64,000 nt of DNA, from positions 256,001 through 320,000 of the forward strand of contig CAXXHO010000003.1 in the NCBI GenBank assembly GCA_963667725.2, given 5' to 3'. Both the position numbers and the translations under genes were made by a program. How positions within the stretch are numbered: the stretch's first letter is position 1; each line of letters begins with the position of its first letter. This document shows, in pieces, positions 38,103 through 47,166 of the stretch. The DNA is from Treponemataceae bacterium. Its GTDB lineage: Bacteria > Spirochaetota > Spirochaetia > Treponematales > Rectinemataceae. The notes under the pieces are model-generated. The model was given only the letters and a program-made list of their open reading frames with translations, ran no database searches and was not told the DNA's origin.

Positions 38103-38666
38103 ATGATTTTCCCCAACTGTTGGCAAGAAGTGGATTCGAAGAAGATCGCCGATTGTCATATTTTTACCCTCTCTGAGAGCGACCGGGAAACCTGCGACCG
38201 CAAGAAGCGGGGCGCCTTCTATTTACTGAATGCCCCCGATTGGGCGGGCGTCATCCCCGTCGTGGATACGCCCGAGGGACGAAGTTTCGTGATGATCCGG
38301 CAGTTCCGTCACGGTACCGGCAGGGTTTCCGTGGAATTTCCCGGCGGAGCGATCGACCCCGGCGAGGATCCGGGCAGGGCGGTGGCAAGGGAACTCCTGG
38401 AGGAGACTGGCTACCGCGCTGAAATGATCCTCCCCCTCGGCGATCTTTCCCCTAATCCAGCCTTCATGACCAATACATTCCACGCCTTCATCGCCGAAGG
38501 CTGTTATCTCGAGCGCGATCAGATCCTGGACGAAAATGAGGAAATCGAAGTCCTCCTCGTTCCCGAACGCGATGCCATAGACATGATCGGCGCGGAAGAT
38601 TACGGTCACGCGCTTATGACCGCGACTCTTTTTTTCTATATGAGGTATAGAGGATACTCCGAATAG
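38103..38666 (+). CDS. NUDIX hydrolase (ADP-ribose pyrophosphatase-like)
   Basis: RQFRH, EFPGGAIDPGE...RELLEETGY, PNP. Confidence 0.9.
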   Translation: MIFPNCWQEVDSKKIADCHIFTLSESDRETCDRKKRGAFYLLNAPDWAGVIPVVDTPEGRSFVMIRQFRHGTGRVSVEFPGGAIDPGEDPGRAVARELLEETGYRAEMILPLGDLSPNPAFMTNTFHAFIAEGCYLERDQILDENEEIEVLLVPERDAIDMIGAEDYGHALMTATLFFYMRYRGYSE

Positions 38667-38688
38667 GAACAGACAGACATAAAATACC

Positions 38689-38717
38689 TTGCGGTCTCCT
38701 GAAGGCGATGCTATAAT
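38689..38717 (+). promoter_or_regulatory. sigma70 promoter of the 2-oxoacid oxidoreductase operon
   Basis: TTGCGG-N17-TATAAT with TGn extension. Confidence 0.7.
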
Positions 38718-38817
38718 TTCTGAAATGGGGTTGCGCGGGCCGAAACGGTCTTATGCCAATACCTCAATCACTCCTGTCTACGATAGAAACTCAAATCGTC
38801 TCATAAGGGCGGAAAAA

Positions 38818-39423
38818 ATGCAGGAAATCAGATTTCACGGGAGAGGCGGGCAGGGTACAGTGCTCGCTTCCATTGCGCTGGCGAAAGCCTTTTTCCAGGC
38901 GGGCTTCTGGGTGCAGACCTTTCCCGTCTTTGGCTCGGAAAGAAGGGGAGCCCCTGTCGAGGCCTATCTCCGCCTCGATTCCTCCAAGATTTACGTCCGC
39001 AGCAACGTATACGAACCGGATCATGTCGTCGTACAGGATTTGCGGCTTCTCCAGCTTGTCGACGTGACGAAAGGCCTGAAAAAAGGGGGATGGATCCTCC
39101 TCAATTCACCCGGACTGCCCGATGGTCTGGAACGGTTCGAAGGCTTCCGGCTGGCTTGCGTCGATGCTTCTCGCATCGCGCTGGAACATGGTTTGGGCGC
39201 GAAGACCCAGCCCATCACGAATACATCGATGATGGGCGCCTTTGCCAAGCTGTTCGGCACGCCTCCTCTCGAGGCGGTGGCGACGGCGATAGAGCATGAA
39301 ATGCCCGTGAAGATCGTCGAAAACAAGGCCGCGGCCAGGGCCGCCTACGATGAGGTCAGGAAATTCGGCCTTATCGATGCAGCATTCCTGAAATCGGCGG
39401 CGCCAGCGGAGGCGGCGGTATGA
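38818..39423 (+). CDS. porC: Pyruvate/2-oxoacid:ferredoxin oxidoreductase gamma subunit
   Basis: EIRFHGRGGQG, FGSERRGAPV, NTSMMGA. Confidence 0.9.
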   Translation: MQEIRFHGRGGQGTVLASIALAKAFFQAGFWVQTFPVFGSERRGAPVEAYLRLDSSKIYVRSNVYEPDHVVVQDLRLLQLVDVTKGLKKGGWILLNSPGLPDGLERFEGFRLACVDASRIALEHGLGAKTQPITNTSMMGAFAKLFGTPPLEAVATAIEHEMPVKIVENKAAARAAYDEVRKFGLIDAAFLKSAAPAEAAV

Positions 39424-41201
39424 CAAACGAAAGGTTTGATGCCATGCACATATCTCTCTTGATTCCTAAATCCAGCAGCTACACCACGACGAACAAGACA
39501 GGTTCATGGAGTTTCATGCGACCGCGCTATCAGGAAAAGACGGCACCCTGCTCGGCTCGCTGCCCCTGCGGACAGGATATCCCCCGCATAGAAATGCTGG
39601 TTTCGCGCGGAGGTCTGGAGGCAGCGTGGCGAACGATACTCGCCGAAAACCCTCTGCCGGGAACCTGCGGCCGCGTCTGCTTCCATCCCTGCGAAGAAGC
39701 ATGCAACCGCGGGGAATTTGACGCGCCTGTATCGATCAACGCGCTCGAGCGCTTCCTCGACGACGCGGCGCGCGACCAATCGTTTTCTGAAGACAATTCG
39801 AAAGCCCCTCCAAAGGGAAAGCGCGTCGCCATCGTCGGATCGGGGCCGGCCAGTTTGTCCGCCGCCTATTTTCTCGCGCGGCTGGGATACGAATGCGAGA
39901 TATTCGAAGCCGGCGAGGCGCCTGGCGGCGTGCTGCGCGGCGGCATTCCCTCATACAGGCTGCCGAACGCTACCCTGGACTGCGAAATACGGAGAATCGA
40001 AGGCTTGGGAGTCACAATCCATTATTCGGCGCCGGTCAGTCCCGAATTCATCGCGTCGGCCCGATCGTGCTTTGATGCCGTATTCCTGGGCTGCGGTCAT
40101 GGAAAACCGACGGCCCTCGGCATTCCCGGCGAGGAACTGGCGCTCGACGGCCTGGAATTCCTCAATAAAAGCAAGAATGGATCATTGAGCGCCTCCATCG
40201 GATCAGCCCTTGTGATCGGCGGCGGAAACAGCGCCATTGACGTGGCGCGCTCCCTCCTTCGCTCGGGGACCTCGGCGACGATCGTTTACAGAAGGCGTCG
40301 GGATGATATGCCGGCTTTCAGCCACGAAATAGCCCGCGCCGTAGAAGAAGGCGTAAAGATCGTGGAGTTGAGCGCTCCCGCCGCGATCACGCGCAAAGGC
40401 AAAATCCTCGAGCTGACGGTGCGGAAAATGCGTCCGACGGAAATTGGCACCGATGGCAGGATGCGCGTCGTGCCCATCGAAGGGCAAACCGAAATTCTCG
40501 CGGCCGACGCCATATATTCAGCCGTCGGCGCTTCGGCCGCGGAAGCCTGGATGCTGCCGCCCCAGAATCCTGAAGTCCTTCATTTGAGCCACAGCGCGGC
40601 TTTGTGGAATTGCCCGGCCGGCATTCCCCTCCTGTATGGCGGCGACCCCGTCAACGAGGAGGAAAGCGTGGCCGACGCCATCGCTTCCGGCAAACAAGCG
40701 GCCATCGCCCTGGACGTTTTTTTCACGAAGGGGCAGGCATCGGTGGAAGCCGAGATTATCCGCTGCAAAGTAGGAGACGGTACCTCTCTTTCCATGGAGA
40801 TATATCTCGGCGGAGCGAGGCAGAGCCGCGCGAATAAAGTTGTGCGATTTGAAGATCTGAACGACGATTATTTTGTCCTATCTGAAAGGCAGCGAGGGGC
40901 CTCGGTTCCGGCCGAAGTTTCCGTCAGGTCGTTCGCCGAAATTGAGTCTTGCCTGGATGAGGCCGGCGCGGCGAAACAGGCCGAACGCTGCTTCAACTGC
41001 GGCATCTGCAACGACTGCGATAATTGCCGGACTTATTGCCCAGAGGTCGCGGTATTCGCGGCGCGCGCGGCACGGGGCGGAAACTGGACAGAAGATGCCG
41101 GCGTGGATCGCGAAGTGAACGTCGACTACTGCAAGGGCTGCGGCGTATGCGTCACTGAATGCCCGCGCTGCGCGATGGTCATCGAGGAGCAGCAATCATG
41201 A
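39420..41201 (+). CDS. 2-oxoacid oxidoreductase delta subunit fused with a GltD/SudA-like FAD/NAD(P)H Fe-S flavoprotein
   Basis: PorD-like N-terminus NKTGSW..RP; GltD core PCSARCP, ENP..TCGRVC.HPCE..CNR, GSGPA, GIPSYRLP, GGGNSA.D..YRRR; C-terminal CGICNDCDNC..YCP and DYCKGCGVC..ECP. Confidence 0.85.
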   Translation: MTNERFDAMHISLLIPKSSSYTTTNKTGSWSFMRPRYQEKTAPCSARCPCGQDIPRIEMLVSRGGLEAAWRTILAENPLPGTCGRVCFHPCEEACNRGEFDAPVSINALERFLDDAARDQSFSEDNSKAPPKGKRVAIVGSGPASLSAAYFLARLGYECEIFEAGEAPGGVLRGGIPSYRLPNATLDCEIRRIEGLGVTIHYSAPVSPEFIASARSCFDAVFLGCGHGKPTALGIPGEELALDGLEFLNKSKNGSLSASIGSALVIGGGNSAIDVARSLLRSGTSATIVYRRRRDDMPAFSHEIARAVEEGVKIVELSAPAAITRKGKILELTVRKMRPTEIGTDGRMRVVPIEGQTEILAADAIYSAVGASAAEAWMLPPQNPEVLHLSHSAALWNCPAGIPLLYGGDPVNEEESVADAIASGKQAAIALDVFFTKGQASVEAEIIRCKVGDGTSLSMEIYLGGARQSRANKVVRFEDLNDDYFVLSERQRGASVPAEVSVRSFAEIESCLDEAGAAKQAERCFNCGICNDCDNCRTYCPEVAVFAARAARGGNWTEDAGVDREVNVDYCKGCGVCVTECPRCAMVIEEQQS

Positions 41202-42370
41202 GAGAAGTACTCGAAGGCAGCCAGGCCGTCGCCGAAGCCGCGCGGCTGGCCAGAGTCAAGGTCGTTTCCGCCTATCCCATTACACCGCAGACGCATATCG
41301 TCGAAGAGTTGGCGAAATTCTGTTCGGACGGAAGCCTCGACGGCAAGTTCATATGCGTGGAAAGCGAGCATTCCGCCATGGCCTCGGTGATTGGCGCGCA
41401 ATCGGGCGGCGTCAGATCATTTACGGCCAGCTCCTCCCACGGCCTCGCCCTCATGCACGAAATGCTGCACTGGGCTTCAGCCGCCCGCCTCCCCATTGTC
41501 ATGGCTGAAGTGAATCGAGCCCTCGGTCCGGGATGGAACCTCTGGGTGGATCAGACGGACAGCCTCGCGCAGCGCGACACAGGCTGGATACAGCTCTACT
41601 GCGCCGACGGCCAGGAAGCCTTCGATACGACCATCCTCGCGTACAGGTTGGCCGAAATCGTGAATCTTCCCGTCATGGTGGTGCTCGATGCCTTTTTCCT
41701 CTCGCATACCTACGAGCCCGTCGATGTTCCCACCCAGGCGGAAGTGGACAAGTACCTTCCGCCCTACGAGCCGAAATTCCTCATGGACACGAAGGATGCC
41801 TACACCTTGAATACGGTGGCTCCGCCCAACGTATATATGGAAATGCGGCGGAGCATCCAGATGGCGATGGAAGCGGCGCCCGAGGTCTACGAAAAGATAG
41901 AAGACGAGTTCTATGAGCAGTTCGGGCGCCGCTACGGTCTCGCGGAGGAATATCGCTGCGAGGACGCGGACACTGTCCTGGTCATGGCGGGCACGGCAGC
42001 GAGCACGGCACGCGTCGCCATAGACAACCTGCGCGAAAAAGGCGAGAAGGTCGGACTCCTGCGCATCAGGATGTTCCGCCCATTCCCCGTTAATGCCTTG
42101 AGAAAAAGTCTGGAGAAAGCGAAAAAAGTCGCCGTTCTCGACCGGAACTGTTCCTTCGGCGCCGGCGGCATCTTCGCCCAGGAACTGAAGGCCGCGCTTT
42201 ACGGCTCCGGCCCCAATCCCCCAAAACTCTATAGTTATATAACAGGATTGGGAGGACGTGATGTCACGGTCGATACGATAGGAACCATGTATGCCATGAC
42301 CCGCGACCGAGAAGAGCCCGCTTCCGAAAGCCTCTGGCTCGGACTGAACGAGGAGATGCTGAAATCATGA
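41198..42370 (+). CDS. porA: Pyruvate/2-oxoacid:ferredoxin oxidoreductase alpha subunit
   Basis: AYPITPQT, ESEHSA, NRA, SH..EP, RMFRPFP, GLGGRD. Confidence 0.92.
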   Translation: MREVLEGSQAVAEAARLARVKVVSAYPITPQTHIVEELAKFCSDGSLDGKFICVESEHSAMASVIGAQSGGVRSFTASSSHGLALMHEMLHWASAARLPIVMAEVNRALGPGWNLWVDQTDSLAQRDTGWIQLYCADGQEAFDTTILAYRLAEIVNLPVMVVLDAFFLSHTYEPVDVPTQAEVDKYLPPYEPKFLMDTKDAYTLNTVAPPNVYMEMRRSIQMAMEAAPEVYEKIEDEFYEQFGRRYGLAEEYRCEDADTVLVMAGTAASTARVAIDNLREKGEKVGLLRIRMFRPFPVNALRKSLEKAKKVAVLDRNCSFGAGGIFAQELKAALYGSGPNPPKLYSYITGLGGRDVTVDTIGTMYAMTRDREEPASESLWLGLNEEMLKS

Positions 42371-43251
42371 AAAACGACCTTTATTCCGGCATTGAATACA
42401 TGAACTCCGGCCATGTGGGCTGTCCGGGCTGCGGCGGCACCATTGCCATGAAGTTGGCTCTGCGCGCCTTGGGCGAAAAGACTGTCCTGGTAATTCCGGC
42501 TTCGTGCTGGGCTATCATGAGCGGTAATTATCCTCAGTCTTCCCTTAAGGTTCCGGTCTTCAACACCGGTTTCGCGACGACGGCGGCGGCGGCTTCCGGC
42601 CTCCGCGCTGCCCTCGACCTCCGCGGCGATACGGAAACCACCGTGGTGGGCTGGGCGGGCGACGGCGGTACCTTCGACATCGGCTTCCAGGCTCTGAGCG
42701 CCGCCGCCGAGCGGGGCGAGGACTTCATCTACGTCTGCTACGACAACGAAGCTTATATGAATACGGGCGTCCAGCGAAGCTCTTCCACTCCCTGGGGCGC
42801 CAGAACCATGACCACGCCCGGAACGAACTGGAAACGCACCGAGAAGAAAAATATCGTGGAGATAATGGCAGCGCACCGGATACCCTACGCAGCGACGGCA
42901 AGCATAGCCTATCCGGAGGATCTCGAGCGGAAGATCAAGAAAGCGATGTCGATACGAAATGGACTGCGCTTCATCCATATCTTCTCCTCATGCCCGACGG
43001 GCTGGGGGATGGCGCCGGGAAATTCCGTCAAAGTGGCGCGCATGGCCGTCCAGTCCAGGGCATTTCCCCTCTACGAAGTTGAGGATGGACTGAAGTACAC
43101 GATCAACGAAGCGGGCGAAAAGCCGGTGAAGGATTATCTGCGTTCGCAGAGCCGATTCCGCCACCTCTCGGACGAGGATATCGGCGTCATCCAAGAGCGC
43201 CTGGACATCGAATATAGACGCCTAGTGCGCCGAACCCTGGCGGAGAATTAA
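42367..43251 (+). CDS. porB: Pyruvate/2-oxoacid:ferredoxin oxidoreductase beta subunit (TPP-binding)
   Basis: CPGCG, GDGG..DIG.QALS, DNEAYMNTGVQRS, CPTGW. Confidence 0.92.
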   Translation: MKNDLYSGIEYMNSGHVGCPGCGGTIAMKLALRALGEKTVLVIPASCWAIMSGNYPQSSLKVPVFNTGFATTAAAASGLRAALDLRGDTETTVVGWAGDGGTFDIGFQALSAAAERGEDFIYVCYDNEAYMNTGVQRSSSTPWGARTMTTPGTNWKRTEKKNIVEIMAAHRIPYAATASIAYPEDLERKIKKAMSIRNGLRFIHIFSSCPTGWGMAPGNSVKVARMAVQSRAFPLYEVEDGLKYTINEAGEKPVKDYLRSQSRFRHLSDEDIGVIQERLDIEYRRLVRRTLAEN

Positions 43252-43293
43252 TTCTGCCCTTGCCGGGCGGCAGCCCTTAATACTCGGAGAGTC

Positions 43294-44175
43294 ATGCGAA
43301 TCACCCCTTATCTGCTCGATGGGCTTTCCCCGCTCGACCATATGTCCATCGAGAATGTACTCCTCGAAACCTGGGAAAAGCCCGAAGGCTTGCTGCTCTT
43401 CTACATAAGCGGTCCGTCGGTCATCATAGGGCGCAACCAGAATCCCTGGCGCGAGGCAGCTCCGGGCACCGGCCTTCCGTTATACAGGCGCGCCTCCGGG
43501 GGAGGCGCCGTATATCACGACGAGGGCAACCTCAACTGGGCGCTGATCGTGCCTCGCCTCCTGCATTCCCAGGACGCGGAGCTGGCCATGGTGGCCACCG
43601 CGCTTTCCGCCCGGGGATTCGACGCGGTGCCGGGACCGCGCGGCGGCCTCTACTGCGGCCCCGCCTCGCCTCACCAGAACAAAAAACTGTCCGGCACGGC
43701 CAGGCGCTTCGGTACCCGGAACGTACTCCATCACGGGACGCTCCTCGTCCATGCCGACATGGCCGGACTCCACGCAAGCCTCGGCGGCATCCAGACATTC
43801 GATGACCGATCCCTGCCTTCGGTACCCGCCGAGCCGCTCAACCTGTCTGCCCTGGACCCATCGGTTCAGATGGAACCCATCATCGAAGCGCTCTCCAGAC
43901 AAATCGCCGGTCTTCCCCCGCGACATCTTCCCGCAGGCTTCGCCGACCCTTCGCGCATGGAAAAGGAGACAAGGACGCTTGCGTCGGACGAGTGGATTTA
44001 TCATGCCACGGCGCCGTTTTCCGTCCTCCTGAAGGGTGGTGAAAACGGGGCGTCCGTCCGCATTGAAAAAGGCCTCGTAGTGGCGATATCTGGATGCGTC
44101 GACGCCTCCTGCCTCGGCCGGCCTTTTTCATATTCCCTCCTCGAGGCAATGGTCGAGCAATGTAGCGTGGGGTAA
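43294..44175 (+). CDS. lplA: Lipoate-protein ligase A family protein (short C-terminal domain)
   Basis: VIIGRNQNPW.E, RRASGGGAVYHDEGNLN, KLSG.A, HHGTLL. Confidence 0.85.
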   Translation: MRITPYLLDGLSPLDHMSIENVLLETWEKPEGLLLFYISGPSVIIGRNQNPWREAAPGTGLPLYRRASGGGAVYHDEGNLNWALIVPRLLHSQDAELAMVATALSARGFDAVPGPRGGLYCGPASPHQNKKLSGTARRFGTRNVLHHGTLLVHADMAGLHASLGGIQTFDDRSLPSVPAEPLNLSALDPSVQMEPIIEALSRQIAGLPPRHLPAGFADPSRMEKETRTLASDEWIYHATAPFSVLLKGGENGASVRIEKGLVVAISGCVDASCLGRPFSYSLLEAMVEQCSVG

Positions 44176-44234
44176 AGAATTCGCGGCTTTATCAATGGAT
44201 CTATCGCTAAAGCCCATTTGTATCGATTATTTTC

Positions 44235-44263
44235 TTGACATGCGTGCGATGCTAACCTATAAT
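44235..44263 (+). promoter_or_regulatory. Consensus sigma70 promoter
   Basis: TTGACA-N17-TATAAT. Confidence 0.8.
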
Positions 44264-44325
44264 TATCACTCATATCTATATAAAAAGCGCAATTTTTGCC
44301 TCCGCATAGATTTCGCAATCAAGAA

Positions 44326-45246
44326 ATGAGCGAGAGAAGATATTTGAGTACAAAAAGTGTAGGTTTCTATAAAAAGCTCATTCTCATCACAGTTGCCGCG
44401 GTTTTAATTCTGCCCATCATAGCATGCGTGATTCTAGGCATTCAGAACATAGAGATGAGAAACAAGATAAAAGCGACGACATCTCCCCCCGATGACATAG
44501 TGACCGTTGGCGCCACCCAGCTCGAACCCGCTGGAATCGCGCGCGATAAGCCGGTTCTCAGCTATCAAATCCTCTATCCAGATTTTAACACGAATTTTTA
44601 CGGCTTCAAAGAAGACCTGGTCAGCGATAAAACCGTTTTTCTCACCTTCGACGACGGGCCTTCCACCGGAACGGACGAGCTTCTCGAAGTGCTTAGAAAA
44701 CATGGAGTCAAGGGTACTTTTTTCGTAAACGGAAAATCGAACCGGGTACTTACCGACAGATTGAAGCATATTGCCAACGAAGGGCACGCGATAGGGATGC
44801 ACAGTTATTCGCATCGGTACAATGTCATCTACGAAAACATGGAAAATTTCCTCGACGATTTCTACCGCAATTTTCTGTACATCAAGGCAGAGACAGGCAA
44901 AGCGCCGGAAATTCTCAGGTTTCCGGGCGGAAGCATCAACATTTTCAACATCTCTACCTATCAATCCGTCGTCGCCGAGGTTTTAAGACGGGGATTTATA
45001 TACTATGATTGGAATGTGAGCGCCGGCGACGCGATAGGGGGAGCCACAACCCAGAGCATTATCGACAACGTGATCAATGGAGTGCGCCTTTGCTGGGGAC
45101 CGGCTATCGTGCTTATGCATGACAACGGAAAACCGGCATTGATCAATGCGCTGAGTACCATCATTGAAACGCTGGCGAACGAGGGGTATGAATTCAGGAT
45201 TCTCGATAATTCTATCAAACCCCCGATGTTCATTTATCCGGATTGA
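44326..45246 (+). CDS. Membrane-anchored polysaccharide/peptidoglycan deacetylase (CE4/NodB)
   Basis: N-terminal TM; TFDDGP, HSYSH, RFPGG, DWN..GD, LMHD. Confidence 0.9.
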   Translation: MSERRYLSTKSVGFYKKLILITVAAVLILPIIACVILGIQNIEMRNKIKATTSPPDDIVTVGATQLEPAGIARDKPVLSYQILYPDFNTNFYGFKEDLVSDKTVFLTFDDGPSTGTDELLEVLRKHGVKGTFFVNGKSNRVLTDRLKHIANEGHAIGMHSYSHRYNVIYENMENFLDDFYRNFLYIKAETGKAPEILRFPGGSINIFNISTYQSVVAEVLRRGFIYYDWNVSAGDAIGGATTQSIIDNVINGVRLCWGPAIVLMHDNGKPALINALSTIIETLANEGYEFRILDNSIKPPMFIYPD

Positions 45247-45276
45247 TGAGCGTATCCTTACGCAGGGAGAGAAACG

Positions 45277-45912
45277 ATGAAAATGCAGGGTAATTTTTTA
45301 AAAGCCGTTGACGAGCTGATGAACGGGAAATTTTCGGGGATCAAGCCTGAGGCGAAGGAATTTAGCAGTCCGGAAGGACCTGGAACCGACCTCGAACCTG
45401 GGCTGGCCGCATCCGCGGATTATGATTTTAGCGAAAAAGCGCAACCCGAATTCACGGCGAGTCCCAGGGCTTCAGTGAGGCGTATCGACGGCGGGAGCGT
45501 CGAGGCCGTCATCACCGGCGATATGATGATTAAAGGGAATATCAATTCCACGGCCAATATTTCGATTTCCGGTACGATCCTTGGCGATGTGAGTAGCGAA
45601 GGCGACGTCATCGTGAAGGGCAAGGTAGAAGGCAATATTACCGTCCATTCCCTATCGGTCGAGGGCGGGAGTATCTCGGGAGATATTGTATCTTCCGGGG
45701 TGGTCACCATCGCCGACGGCTCATCCATCGACGGCAACATCAAGGCCGAACGGATCGAAGTGAACGGCCGGATTATCGGCAACCTGGACTCCGCCACGAA
45801 AATTATCCTCCACCCAAAATCGGTGATAGAAGGCAATATAACGGCTCTGGAACTTTCCATGACCGAAGGCGCCGAACTCAAAGGCGCCATGAACGTCCAT
45901 AAAAAGTCCTGA
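45277..45912 (+). CDS. Bactofilin (polymer-forming cytoskeletal protein) with an extended beta-helix
   Basis: Repeated I.G.I/V..G motifs ending in GAELKG; low-complexity N-terminal tail. Confidence 0.87.
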   Translation: MKMQGNFLKAVDELMNGKFSGIKPEAKEFSSPEGPGTDLEPGLAASADYDFSEKAQPEFTASPRASVRRIDGGSVEAVITGDMMIKGNINSTANISISGTILGDVSSEGDVIVKGKVEGNITVHSLSVEGGSISGDIVSSGVVTIADGSSIDGNIKAERIEVNGRIIGNLDSATKIILHPKSVIEGNITALELSMTEGAELKGAMNVHKKS

Positions 45913-45925
45913 AGAGATTCTAGTC

Positions 45926-46714
45926 ATGGAAATAGGCCGCTATGAACGCCCGAAAACCATGGATGAAGCGTATTCCCTGATTGTCAAAGAACGGGGATTG
46001 CCCATCGCGGGCGGCGCGTGGACCCACCTGACCATGAAAAAGACGGCCCTGGCCGTCGATCTGTCGGGACTGGAGCTGCGTTACATCCGCGATGCCGGCG
46101 ATGCGATGGAAATTGGGGCGATGACGACGGCGCGCGATCTGGAGACTTCTTCGCTTCTCGAAGCGGCGTTCGGGAAAGTTTTTAACGAGGCGACCAGTCA
46201 TCTCGTGGGCGTACAACTCCGCAATGTCATTACGGCCGGGGGCAGCGTTGCGGGAAAATTCGGTTTTTCCGATCTCGTCACGGTCCTGATGGCGATGAAC
46301 GCATCGCTCCGCTTTTACGGCGGAGCTATGGTGGATATATCCCGATTCCTCGCGGCACCCAAGGAAGGTCCCTTTTTCCTTGAAAAGATCGTCGTGAAAA
46401 AGGGCGCGAAGGCGGCCTTCCAAAGTCTGCGCGTCACGAAAAATGATTTCGCCGTGCTGAATGCCGGCGCCGTTTTTGCCGATGGCGGCTGGCGAATCGC
46501 CGTGGGGGCGCGGCCCGCGGCCTCCCGGCTCAGCCTCTCGGCGGCCGACGCTCTCGGGCGGGAAGGGGCCCCTACCATGGAGGCCGCGGGCCGCGCCGGC
46601 GATGCCGCGGCGGCGGAGCTCTCCTTTGGCGACGATACGCGGGGCAGCGCCGAATACAGGCGCGCCGTCTGCGCCGTTCTCGTGAAACGGGCCGTCATGG
46701 AGGCCTCCCGATGA
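45926..46714 (+). CDS. Xanthine dehydrogenase family FAD-binding subunit (YgfM/CoxM-like)
   Basis: YERPKTMDEA, IAGG, EIGAMTT, QLRN..TAGG, RGSAEYRR. Confidence 0.88.
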   Translation: MEIGRYERPKTMDEAYSLIVKERGLPIAGGAWTHLTMKKTALAVDLSGLELRYIRDAGDAMEIGAMTTARDLETSSLLEAAFGKVFNEATSHLVGVQLRNVITAGGSVAGKFGFSDLVTVLMAMNASLRFYGGAMVDISRFLAAPKEGPFFLEKIVVKKGAKAAFQSLRVTKNDFAVLNAGAVFADGGWRIAVGARPAASRLSLSAADALGREGAPTMEAAGRAGDAAAAELSFGDDTRGSAEYRRAVCAVLVKRAVMEASR

Positions 46715-47166
46715 TCATCAACATGAAGGTGAACGGCAAATCCATCGGCGTGGAATGCGATCCCGGCGATCCCCTGGTCGATGTCCTGCGCGCAGCCGGC
46801 TATACCGAAGTCAAGAAAGGCTGCGGTACGGGTAACTGCGGCCTCTGCACGGTTCTCCTCGATGGCATCCCCGTTCCCTCCTGTTCCGTCTTCGCGGGCC
46901 GCGCGGCCGACCGCGCCATAACGACGATTCGCGGCGTGGAAAAGGAAGCGACCGAACTCGCGAAATTCATCACCGCCGAAGGCGCGGAACAATGCGGTTT
47001 CTGTTCTCCCGGCTTCGCCCTCATGGTGCTGGCTATGCGGAAAGAATTGTCTTCCCCCACCGATGCCGAGATACGGCATTATCTGGCGGGCAACCTCTGC
47101 CGCTGTTCCGGCTACGAAGGCCATCTCCGCGCCGTTAGGAAGTTTCTGGAGGCCGGCCGTGAGTAA
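46711..47166 (+). CDS. Xanthine dehydrogenase family [2Fe-2S] subunit
   Basis: KKGCGTGNCGLCTV..SC; QCGFCSPG; GNLCRCSGY. Confidence 0.93.
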   Translation: MIINMKVNGKSIGVECDPGDPLVDVLRAAGYTEVKKGCGTGNCGLCTVLLDGIPVPSCSVFAGRAADRAITTIRGVEKEATELAKFITAEGAEQCGFCSPGFALMVLAMRKELSSPTDAEIRHYLAGNLCRCSGYEGHLRAVRKFLEAGRE

